Assembly (NCBI GenBank): GCA_051002235.1
Contig: JBPCMN010000023.1
Span: 1,999-65,998, forward strand
From: Acidimicrobiia bacterium
GTDB lineage: Bacteria; Actinomycetota; Acidimicrobiia; IMCC26256; JACDBD01
DNA length: 64,000 nucleotides
Reading direction: 5' to 3'
Numbering within the stretch: position 1 is the first letter of the stretch; each line of letters opens with the position of its first letter. Under the pieces are notes generated by a model. The model was not told the DNA's origin. It saw only the letters and a list, made by a program, of their open reading frames with translations, and ran no database searches. Positions 8,451 to 16,114 of the stretch are shown here, in pieces. A program made the translations under genes and the position numbers.

Positions 8451-8535
8451 GTTCCTCCTCTGTACCCGAGCCATCCGGGCCCGGGCTCCTCGACGCGCTC
8501 TCGAGCGCCTCGAGCGGAGGAACCGCTCCGAAGCT

Positions 8536-8638
8536 GCTCATCGTTCAGGCATTGGCACCTGGTCTCGCCTCTGGCGGAGGCGGTGGCTGGTTGCCGCGGC
8601 GTCGTCGGGCCTGTCCCTCGGCCGCTCTTGATGAGCGC
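8536..8638 (-). promoter_or_regulatory. SAM-I (S-box) riboswitch aptamer
   Basis: Minus-strand RNA: GCUCAUCAAGAGCGGCCGAGGGACAGGCCCGACGACGCCGCGGCAACCAGCCACCGCCUCCGCCAGAGGCGAGACCAGGUGCCAAUGCCUGAACGAUGAGC. P1 is GCUCAUC/GAUGAGC. The conserved cores AUCAAGAG, GAGGGA, GGCCCGA.GA, GGCAACC and GGUGCCAAU are all present in canonical order. Confidence 0.85.
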
Positions 8639-8703
8639 GTACCGGGGACAAGATACCACCGGGAGCGCGTTTCGGCCGCTCGAACCGTGCATAGGCTCGC
8701 GGC

Positions 8704-9627
8704 GTGCGTTCGTTCCGGGACAAGGAAAGGGCGGGGCTGCTGGCCCGGGCGAAGGCCCGCGAGGGCCTCACCGTTTCGGTGTGCATCCCGGCGCGGGACG
8801 AGGAGGCGACCCTCGGCGAGATCGTCACCACCATCCGCCGCGAGCTCGTGGAGGCCGTGCCGCTCGTCGACGAGGTCGTTGTGCTCGACGACGGCTCGCT
8901 CGACGCGACGGCGCGGGTCGCCGCCCGCGCCGGCGCACGCGTGTGGGCGGTCGACCAGGTGCCCGACGGGCTGCCCGCCGGTTCCGGGAAGGGCAACGCG
9001 CTCTGGAAGTCGCTGTTCGTCGCCGAGGGCGCCATCATCTGTTTCCTCGACGCCGACGTGCGGAACTTCGGGTCGCACTTCGTCTCGAGGCTCGTCGAGC
9101 CCCTGGTGGCGCGACCCGCGGTCGGCATGGTGAAGAGCTACTACCGCCGTCCGCTCTACGGCGAGCCCACCGGTGGCGGGCGCGTCACCGAGTTGATGGC
9201 GCGGCCGCTGCTCTCCCGGCTGTTCCCGGAGCTGGCCCACTTCGTGCAACCGCTCTCCGGTGAGTACGCGGCGCGGCGGGAGGTGCTGGAAGCGGTCCCG
9301 TTCGTGCAGGGATGGGGCGTGGAGGTCGGACTGCTCATCGACGTGGCCGAGCGCTTCGGGAGCGACGCGATCGTCCAGGCCGACCTGGGTGCGCGCGAGC
9401 ACCGCAACCGCCCGCTCGACGATCTCGGCCTGCAAGCTCTCGCGATCCTGGTCACCGGCCTGCGTCGGGCCGGCCTCGACCATGGCCAATCGGATGGCGC
9501 GGCCGAGCTCGTCCGCTTCGGCGCTGCGCTCCAGCCCGAGCGCGCCGCGGTCGAGGTGCGCGAGCGACCGCCGATGCTCACGGTGCCGGCGTACGTCGCC
9601 AAGTTCGGCCGCGAGCTCTCCGCCTAG
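8704..9627 (+). CDS. gpgS: Glucosyl-3-phosphoglycerate synthase (GT81)
   Basis: VSVCIPARDEEATLGEIV, VVVLDDGSLDAT, GKGNALWKSL and FLDADVRNF match the GpgS pattern of actinobacteria. Confidence 0.75.
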   Translation: MRSFRDKERAGLLARAKAREGLTVSVCIPARDEEATLGEIVTTIRRELVEAVPLVDEVVVLDDGSLDATARVAARAGARVWAVDQVPDGLPAGSGKGNALWKSLFVAEGAIICFLDADVRNFGSHFVSRLVEPLVARPAVGMVKSYYRRPLYGEPTGGGRVTELMARPLLSRLFPELAHFVQPLSGEYAARREVLEAVPFVQGWGVEVGLLIDVAERFGSDAIVQADLGAREHRNRPLDDLGLQALAILVTGLRRAGLDHGQSDGAAELVRFGAALQPERAAVEVRERPPMLTVPAYVAKFGRELSA

Positions 9628-9629
9628 AG

Positions 9630-10658
9630 CTACTCACCGAGGGCGCGGCGGCCGGCCTCGAGCGCGGCCTCTTCCACCAGGACGGCGGCCCGCGAGAACG
9701 CCTCGCCCGCCTGCCACACCCGTTCGGTCAGCGCGAGCACGTGCACGTCGCCGAGCACCGAGAGCTCCTCGCGGGCATCGTCGGTGACCTGTCCCGCGAT
9801 CACGGCGCGATGGGCAATCCCCTCCTCGGCCGCCCACTCGAGGACGCCGCCCACGACCTTGCCCTCGAAGCTCGTGCGGTCGACCTTGCCCTCGCCGGTC
9901 ACGACGAGGTCGACGTCTTCGAGCGCGTCTTCGAGTCCGGCCGCCTGCGCCACCACCTCGAAGCCGGGTTCGAGCGTCGCGCCGATGGCGGCGAGTCCGC
10001 CGGCGAGACCGCCGGCGGCTCCGCCCCCGTCGAGCTCGGTCACGTCGACGCCGGTGCGGCGCTCGTACTCCTCGGCCAGACGCCGGAGCCGGCGCGTCAG
10101 CAGGGACACCTGCGCTTCGGTCGCGCCTTTCTGGGGCGCGTAGACCGTGGCCGCGTCGAGGAACCTCGTGGCCACGTCGCAGGCGATGGTCACTCGGAGC
10201 CCGCCCAGCGACCAGCCGAGCGCGTCCACGGCGCCGAGCCCGCCATCCGTCGTCGCGCTCCCTCCGACACCGACGATGATGCGGCGAGCGCCGCCGCGGG
10301 CGGCCGTCGCGATGAGCTCACCCGTCCCCCGGGTGCTGGCGCGCAAGGGATCGTTGCGTCCGGCGACGAGATCGAGGCCGCTGGCGCGCGCCATCTCGAC
10401 CACCGCGGTCCCGTCGGGCAGGAGCGCCCACTCGGCCTCGACCGGCTCACCCAACGGTCCGGTCACCCGCGCCGTCCGGATCGAGCCGCCCCGGGCAGCT
10501 ACGAGCGCGTCGAGCGTTCCCTCGCCGCCGTCGGCCACCGGGAGCCGGCGCACCTCGGCGAAGCCCGCCGCGGCCAGACCCGCGGCCATGGCATTGGCCG
10601 CCTCGGCGGCGGTGAGCGTCCCGCGGAACTTGTCAGGACACGCTAGGGCGGTGGGCAC
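9630..10658 (-). CDS. Glycerate kinase
   Basis: N-terminus CPDKFRGTLTAAEAA...LPVADGGEGTLDAL and C-terminal VVTGEGKVDRTSFEGKVVGGV are typical of the GlxK/GarK family. Confidence 0.85.
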   Translation of the reverse strand: MPTALACPDKFRGTLTAAEAANAMAAGLAAAGFAEVRRLPVADGGEGTLDALVAARGGSIRTARVTGPLGEPVEAEWALLPDGTAVVEMARASGLDLVAGRNDPLRASTRGTGELIATAARGGARRIIVGVGGSATTDGGLGAVDALGWSLGGLRVTIACDVATRFLDAATVYAPQKGATEAQVSLLTRRLRRLAEEYERRTGVDVTELDGGGAAGGLAGGLAAIGATLEPGFEVVAQAAGLEDALEDVDLVVTGEGKVDRTSFEGKVVGGVLEWAAEEGIAHRAVIAGQVTDDAREELSVLGDVHVLALTERVWQAGEAFSRAAVLVEEAALEAGRRALGE

Positions 10659-10677
10659 GCTGGATAGATTGCACCGA

Positions 10678-11925
10678 ATGCTCGAACGCGTCCCGTTGCT
10701 CGAGAAGGACCTCGACGCCTACAGCGAGATCGTCGGCACGGAGGTCGTCGCCCGCATCCGCGAGCTGGCCGAGCCCTTGCGCGGTGCCCGTGTTCTCCAT
10801 GTCAACGCCACCGCCTACGGCGGCGGGGTCGCAGAGCTGCTCGCCACCCACGTACCCCTCTTGCGGAGCGCCGGCCTCGCAGCCGACTGGCAGGTGATCC
10901 GCGGGAGCGACGAGTTCTTCAAGGTCACCAAGTCGGTCCACAACGCGCTCCAAGGAGGCGACGTCGAGTGGACGCGAACCATGGAGGCCGCCTACCTGGA
11001 GAATGTGCTCGACAACGCCCTCAGGCTCGAAGGTGCGTTCGACTTCGTCGTCGTCCACGATCCCCAGCCGGCCGCCCTACGCAGCTTCGTACGTGACCGC
11101 ACCCTCAGGCACGAGGGGACGAAGTGGATCTGGCGCTGCCACATCGACCTCACCGACGCCGATCCCAAGGTGTGGGAGTTCTACCGGCCATTCGTCGAGC
11201 TTCACGATGCCGCGGTGTTCACCATGCCGGAGTTCGTGCCCGACACACTCGAGCTGGAGCCACTCGTGGCCCCGCCGTGCATCGATCCACTGTCGGTGAA
11301 GAACCTCGACCTACCCCGGCCCTTCGGCGAGGAGCTGTGCAAGCAGTACGGGGTCGACGTGCGCCGTCCTTTCGTCTGTCAGGTGAGCCGTTACGACCCC
11401 TGGAAGGATCCGATCGGCGTGATCGACGCGTTCCGGATCGTGCGCGAGAAGGTGACTGACGCGCAGCTGGTGCTGGCCGGGTCCATGGCTACCGACGACC
11501 CCGAGGGCTTCCAAGTGTGGGAGGAAGTCCAGCAGGCGCGCGCTGACGACCCCGACATCCACCTCCTCTCGAACATCCAGCAAGTGGGGAACGTGCAGAT
11601 CAACGCGTTCCAACGGCTGGCCGCCGTCGTCATCCAGAAGTCGATACGTGAGGGCTTCGGACTGACGGTGTCGGAGGCGCTCTGGAAGGGCCGCCCGGTT
11701 GTCGGCGGACGCGCCGGCGGCATCGTGCTCCAGATCCGCGACGGTTACGACGGCTACCTCGTCGACTCGGTCGAGGAGTGCGCCGCCCGCACGATCGATC
11801 TGCTGGCCGACCCGGTCGGTGCCGACGCCATGGGCGCCCAGGGTCGCGAGCACGTGCGACAGAACTTCCTCTGCACCCGCGAGCTCGAGGACTGGCTGCG
11901 GCTGTTCACGCAGCTCCGGGCCTGA
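10678..11925 (+). CDS. treT: Trehalose glycosyltransferring synthase TreT-like (GT4)
   Basis: Track ORF trimmed to ATG 10678. LEKDLDAYSEIVG...IRELAEPLRGARVLHVNATAYGGGVAELL...VPLLRSAGL...WQVIRGSDEFFKVTKSVHNALQGG closely follows archaeal/bacterial TreT N-termini. Confidence 0.75.
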   Translation: MLERVPLLEKDLDAYSEIVGTEVVARIRELAEPLRGARVLHVNATAYGGGVAELLATHVPLLRSAGLAADWQVIRGSDEFFKVTKSVHNALQGGDVEWTRTMEAAYLENVLDNALRLEGAFDFVVVHDPQPAALRSFVRDRTLRHEGTKWIWRCHIDLTDADPKVWEFYRPFVELHDAAVFTMPEFVPDTLELEPLVAPPCIDPLSVKNLDLPRPFGEELCKQYGVDVRRPFVCQVSRYDPWKDPIGVIDAFRIVREKVTDAQLVLAGSMATDDPEGFQVWEEVQQARADDPDIHLLSNIQQVGNVQINAFQRLAAVVIQKSIREGFGLTVSEALWKGRPVVGGRAGGIVLQIRDGYDGYLVDSVEECAARTIDLLADPVGADAMGAQGREHVRQNFLCTRELEDWLRLFTQLRA

Positions 11926-13305
11926 ATGCTCGTCGCGTCGCACCGCGGACCGAGCAGCTTCAGCGAGGCCGAAGACGGATCGTTCACGGTTCGGCGCGGT
12001 GCGGGAGGCGTCGTGAGCGCGCTCGAGCCGCTGCTGACCCGACCGGGCAACGAAACCCCCGCCACCTGGGTCGCGGCGGCGATAGGCGACGGTGATCGCG
12101 CCGCCGTGCGCGCCGGCGCCGCGACGGTCCCGGACCTCGACCTCCACCTGCTCGAGCTCGACCCGCACGCTCACCGGCTGCATTACGACCTGGTGTCCAA
12201 CGCGGTGCTGTGGTTCCTCCACCACGGCCTGTTCGATCTCCCCCGCCGACCGAGATTCGACACCCGATTTCGGGAGGCATGGGACGCCTACACCGCTGTC
12301 AACCGCGCCTTCGCCGACCACATCTCGGCGTGCGCGCCGTCCGAAGAGGTCGTGCTGGTGCAGGACTACCACCTCGCGCTCGTGCCCGGGTTCCTGCGCG
12401 CGTCCCGCCCCGACCTGCGCGTCACGCACTTCAACCACACGCCCTTCTGCGGGCCCACGTCGATCCGGGTGCTTCCCGACGCGGTCTCCAGCTCGATCTG
12501 CGAGTCGATGGCATCCGTCCCTTCGGGCTTCCACACCGCCCGCTGGGCGCGGGCCTACGAAGCGTCCGCGCACGAGGTACTGGGCGCCGACCGCCCGGTC
12601 GCGCCCGCCTTCGTCGCGTCGCTCGGGCCCGACGCCGACGATCTCGCCGCGACCGCGGCTTCACCCGAAGCGGCGGTGGCCGCCCGGACCCTCGAGGAGC
12701 AAGTCGGCGACCGCTCGCTCATCGTGCGCACCGACCGCGTCGAACCTTCGAAGAACATCGTGCGGGGGTTTCTCGCCTACGACCTGATGCTGTCGGAGCA
12801 CCCCGAATGGCAGGAGCGCGTGACCTTCGTCGCGTTGGTCTACGCGTCCCGCGAAGGCCTACCCGAGTACCTCGCCTACCGCCAGGAGGTCGAGCAGGCC
12901 GCGGCGCGCGTCAACGAGCGCTGGGGACGCAGCGACTGGCAGCCGGTCGTCCTCGACACCCGGGACGACCACGCCCGCAGCATCGCCGGGCTGCTCCGCT
13001 ACGACGTCCTCCTGGTGAACCCGATCAAGGACGGGCTCAACCTGGTCGCCAAGGAGGGTCCCCTCGTCAACCGACGCGACGGTGTGGTCTGTCTGTCACG
13101 GGAGGCGGGGGCGTTCGACGAACTGCGCGACGGGGTGGTGGCCGTCCACCCGTACGACCTCGCGCAGACCGCGTCGGCCCTTCAGGTCGCGCTCACGATG
13201 CCCGACGACGAACGGCGCGGCCGCGCCGCCCGTCTGCGATCGCTGGCGGCGGCCCGCACCCCGGCCGACTGGCTGAACGACCAGATCCGCGCCGCCGGCG
13301 GCTAA
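11926..13305 (+). CDS. otsA: Alpha,alpha-trehalose-phosphate synthase-like (GT20, OtsA-like)
   Basis: MLVASHRGP...GGVVSALEPLL...YDLVSNAVLWFLHH...VLVQDYHLALVP...IKDGLNLVAKE. The ATG directly abuts the treT stop (TGAATG). Confidence 0.8.
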   Translation: MLVASHRGPSSFSEAEDGSFTVRRGAGGVVSALEPLLTRPGNETPATWVAAAIGDGDRAAVRAGAATVPDLDLHLLELDPHAHRLHYDLVSNAVLWFLHHGLFDLPRRPRFDTRFREAWDAYTAVNRAFADHISACAPSEEVVLVQDYHLALVPGFLRASRPDLRVTHFNHTPFCGPTSIRVLPDAVSSSICESMASVPSGFHTARWARAYEASAHEVLGADRPVAPAFVASLGPDADDLAATAASPEAAVAARTLEEQVGDRSLIVRTDRVEPSKNIVRGFLAYDLMLSEHPEWQERVTFVALVYASREGLPEYLAYRQEVEQAAARVNERWGRSDWQPVVLDTRDDHARSIAGLLRYDVLLVNPIKDGLNLVAKEGPLVNRRDGVVCLSREAGAFDELRDGVVAVHPYDLAQTASALQVALTMPDDERRGRAARLRSLAAARTPADWLNDQIRAAGG

Positions 13306-13316
13306 CCGACTTCCTG

Positions 13317-13389
13317 GGTCGCGCTCGCTTCGCTCGCCGCTCCCGCGCAACCCTGACTGTCCGGGGGCCGGGGAACCCGGCCCCCTCGT
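13317..13389 (+). repeat. Intergenic repeat family 1, copy A (73 nt, ends in a 10-bp GC hairpin)
   Basis: GGTCGCGCTCGCTTCGCTCGCCGCTCCCGCGCAACCCTG...GGGGGCCGGGgaaCCCGGCCCCCTCGT. It is about 88% identical to the reverse complement of 34799-34871. Confidence 0.85.
13363..13385. terminator. GC-rich hairpin between convergent otsA and otsB (part of repeat copy A)
   Basis: GGGGGCCGGG / CCCGGCCCCC, 10-bp perfect stem with a 3-nt loop. There is no U-tract on either strand. Confidence 0.5.
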
Positions 13390-13405
13390 GGGCGGCCGGC
13401 GGGTC

Positions 13406-14185
13406 CTATCCCACCTCCGCGGCCAGCGCCTCGAGCAGAGCGGCCAGCGCTTCGGGACCGTCGACCACGATGTCGGATCGCGCCAGAAGCTCGGGGGGCG
13501 ATTCGTCCGACGCCACCGCGATGCGGACCGCGTGTGTGAGCCGTCCCGCGTTCACCACCCGGTCGAGGGCGTCGAAGGCGGGGAGGTCGCCCCGATCGTC
13601 ACCGGCGTAGCCGGCGGCGAAGAAGCCGGGCGCGAGCAGCGACTCGACCGCGGTCCCCTTGTCGACCGGAACCGGCGGCCGCAGCTCGCGGGCCATGCGG
13701 GTCGCATAGGTCACCAGGCCGTGGCGACGCGCCAGATCCTCGAGAAAAGCTGCCGCCTCGGCGTCACGCTCGGGCGCGGTCCGCCAGTGCACGGTGACCG
13801 CGACCCCCGCCTTCCGCTCGACGAGCAACCCGGGGAGCTCGCGCTCGGCCTCGTCGGCGGCGGCCGCCACCGCGTCGACGTACGGGGCCACGCGCTCGTC
13901 GACCACGGTCCGGCCGTCGACCCGGCGCTCGAGGCCGTACTGCCCGACGAGTTCAACCCCGTCGAGCGCGAGCGCGTCGGCGAGCACCTCGACCGGGCGT
14001 CCGCTCACGACCGCCACCAGGCCGACGCGCCCGACCAGCGCGCCGAGCGCGGCGCGCGCTTCCGGCAGCACCGCCGCGGCCGCCGGGTCGTCGACGATGC
14101 GCGAGAGGGAACCGTCGAAGTCGAGCAGGACGGCCGCCTGCTCGGGACGTTCGGCGAGGGGACAGAGCGCGGGGTCGAGTGGCAC
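13406..14185 (-). CDS. otsB: Trehalose-phosphatase-like HAD-IIB hydrolase (OtsB-like)
   Basis: Motif I LLDFDGSLS, overall OtsB-like length, and trehalose gene context. Confidence 0.7.
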   Translation of the reverse strand: MPLDPALCPLAERPEQAAVLLDFDGSLSRIVDDPAAAAVLPEARAALGALVGRVGLVAVVSGRPVEVLADALALDGVELVGQYGLERRVDGRTVVDERVAPYVDAVAAAADEAERELPGLLVERKAGVAVTVHWRTAPERDAEAAAFLEDLARRHGLVTYATRMARELRPPVPVDKGTAVESLLAPGFFAAGYAGDDRGDLPAFDALDRVVNAGRLTHAVRIAVASDESPPELLARSDIVVDGPEALAALLEALAAEVG

Positions 14186-14218
14186 CGGTGCGCGAGCGAT
14201 CGCGCTGCGTCGAGCCGT

Positions 14219-14746
14219 CTACGCCGTGCCGAGGAGGACGAGACAGTCGGCGTTCTCGGCTTCCGCGGGAGGCTCGTCGGGGAACGGCTCGACCGTTGCA
14301 CCCTCGCCCACTGCGAGCGTGAGCGCGGCCGCCTCGTTGTCGAAGCCCTCCCGGCACTGCACCGCCAGGCCCACGCGCGGGAGGGTGTTGCTGGCCGGCA
14401 ACGTGTTGTACCCGGCGGTGCGGAGCTGGTTCGCCTTGTTCTGCGCCGCGCCCGCCGCCTGGCCGGCGTTGAGTACGAGGACCCGGACCTCCGAGGGGGG
14501 GCGGCCGGCCGGCGTCGAGGCCGTGGTCTCCCCGGGTGCCGACGTCGCGGGGCCCCCTCCGCCGCCACCACCGTTGGCGGGGCCGGACGTGCCGTCATCG
14601 ACGATCTGGAGGAGCACGATGCCGACGATCACCGCCAGACCGATGAGCCCCGCGCCGCGTGCGGCGGAGAACACGACTGAGCGGCCGACATCGCGGCGGG
14701 CGACGGAAACCATGGGCATCGAACCTACTGCGGCCGCGCTGCTCAT
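14219..14746 (-). CDS. LytR_C domain-containing membrane-anchored protein
   Basis: N-terminal TM helix, Gly/Pro-rich linker, and C-terminal VRVLVLNAGQAAGAAQNKANQLRTAGYN typical of LytR_C. ATGA overlap with the upstream DUF3263 gene. Confidence 0.7.
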   Translation of the reverse strand: MSSAAAVGSMPMVSVARRDVGRSVVFSAARGAGLIGLAVIVGIVLLQIVDDGTSGPANGGGGGGGPATSAPGETTASTPAGRPPSEVRVLVLNAGQAAGAAQNKANQLRTAGYNTLPASNTLPRVGLAVQCREGFDNEAAALTLAVGEGATVEPFPDEPPAEAENADCLVLLGTA

Positions 14747-14988
14747 TTGGCGCGGCGCCCCTCGATGCGGACTCGGCGCCGGTGCTCACGCAGCCGGCGG
14801 ACCCGCTTGACCGTCAGCGGGTCGTAGACGAGAGCGTCGGGCTCGTCGAGCAACTCGTTGAGGAGCTGGTAGTAGCGCGTCCCCGAGATTCCGAGCCGCT
14901 CTGGGATGGCGCGCTGCTTCGAGCCCGGCTGCGTCCACCAGGTGCGTTCAAAATCAAGGACGTCCCGGTCGCGGGGCGACAGACCCAT
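14743..14988 (-). CDS. DUF3263 domain-containing protein
   Basis: MGLSPRDRDVLDFERTWWTQPGSKQRAIPERLGISGTRYYQLLNELLDEPDALVYDPLTVKRVRRLRE is the classical DUF3263 pattern. Start chosen at the internal ATG; the track ORF extends to 15030. Confidence 0.7.
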   Translation of the reverse strand: MGLSPRDRDVLDFERTWWTQPGSKQRAIPERLGISGTRYYQLLNELLDEPDALVYDPLTVKRVRRLREHRRRVRIEGRRAK

Positions 14989-15039
14989 TGATCGTCGATC
15001 CTGGCCGCGGGAGGGACCAATAGCAAGCATTTCGCCCTG

Positions 15040-15112
15040 AGCCGGGTGTCGGGGTCGAACCGACGACCTCTTCTTTACAAGAGAAGCGCTCTGCCAACTG
15101 AGCTAACCCGGC
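15040..15112 (-). tRNA. tRNA-Thr (anticodon UGU)
   Basis: GCCGGGTTAGCTCAGTTGGCAGAGCGCTTCTCTTGTAAAGAAGAGGTCGTCGGTTCGACCCCGACACCCGGCT folds as a cloverleaf with anticodon loop CTTGTAA. CCA is not encoded. Confidence 0.9.
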
Positions 15113-15124
15113 GTGATCACCAGC

Positions 15125-15304
15125 TCACATAGTCGCGCGCCCACCGCACACCCTTCTGCTGCCCACTGGCCGTTGGGCGAAGGCGTACTTGCACTGAACG
15201 CGCTCGAACTTCCCGCGCCGTTCAACGATGAGATCGAAGGGCCAGTCCTCACCCACGGGGATTGCGGCGCGGTACCCGCGGCGGAAGGCGTCAGCGAGCA
15301 CCAT
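15125..15304 (-). pseudogene. Short PD-(D/E)XK endonuclease-like ORF or remnant (59 aa)
   Basis: Below the track size cut-off. My translation: MVLADAFRRGYRAAIPVGEDWPFDLIVERRGKFERVQCKYAFAQRPVGSRRVCGGRATM. The core GEDWPFDLIVE..GKFERVQCK resembles the D...(D/E)xK core of small PD-(D/E)XK nucleases. The open frame extends upstream without a start codon and local GC is lower. Confidence 0.35.
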
Positions 15305-15382
15305 CGCCTCGGCGTTGTCCCTTTTCGCCTTCCGCGCTATCTCACGCTATCTAACAGCGAACCGTCCTTCTTCAGCCTACTC

Positions 15383-16114
15383 TTAGCTATCAGCTGCTGT
15401 ACGCCGTCTCATGACCTCGTAGCAGGCGAGCGCGGCCGCGGCAGCGACGTTGAGCGATTCGATCGCGCCACGCATCGGGATGCGGGCGAGTACGTCGCAG
15501 CGCGCCCGGCTCAGCCGCGAGAGCCCGGTCCCCTCAGCACCGAGCACGAGCATCACCGGCTGGTCGGCGACCGCGAGCGCGAACAAGTCGGTGTCGCCGG
15601 CGGCGTCGAGGCCGACCGTCCACACATCGGCGCGCCGGGCACGCTCGAGCGCCGAGGGCACGCCCGACACGACCGCGACCGGTAGGTGCTCGAGCGCGCC
15701 CGCGGCCGCCTTCGTCACCGTCGGGGTGATGCGTGCCGCGCGGTGTCGGGGCACGACCAGCCCGGTCGCGCCGGCCGACTCGGCCGTCCGCGCCACCGCA
15801 CCGAGGTTCTGGGGGTCGGTGACACCATCCAGCGTGACGAGGAACGCGCCCGGCTCCGCGAGCAAACGGTCGAGGTCAGCCTCGGGCAGCGGCTCGGCGG
15901 CCGCGATGATCCCCTGGGGCGCCTCGGTGTGGGCCCGACGGTCGATCTCGTCGGGCGCGACCCGGTGGACCTTCACTCCCGCGTCACGTGCGAGGTCGGC
16001 GATGTCTTCGAGGTCGCGCCCCGCCATCCAGACGGTGCGAACCCGCCGCCGGCGCGCGGTCAGTAACTCCCGCACGGCGCGGCGGCCCTCGACCTGGTCG
16101 GTGGTGCGACTCAC
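15383..16114 (-). CDS. rlmB: TrmH/SpoU-family RNA 2'-O-methyltransferase (RlmB-like)
   Basis: C-terminal SpoU motifs LVLGAEGTGLS and IPMRGAIESLNVAAAAA, and the usual position downstream of cysS. Confidence 0.8.
   Translation of the reverse strand: MSRTTDQVEGRRAVRELLTARRRRVRTVWMAGRDLEDIADLARDAGVKVHRVAPDEIDRRAHTEAPQGIIAAAEPLPEADLDRLLAEPGAFLVTLDGVTDPQNLGAVARTAESAGATGLVVPRHRAARITPTVTKAAAGALEHLPVAVVSGVPSALERARRADVWTVGLDAAGDTDLFALAVADQPVMLVLGAEGTGLSRLSRARCDVLARIPMRGAIESLNVAAAAALACYEVMRRRTAADS

Noticed and set aside
15040-15382. Integrated mobile element or genomic island at tRNA-Thr
   Set aside because: No integrase, no att-like duplication of the tRNA 3' end, and the odd segment is only 270 nt and lies on the 5' side of the tRNA. 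I kept it only as a low-confidence remnant.
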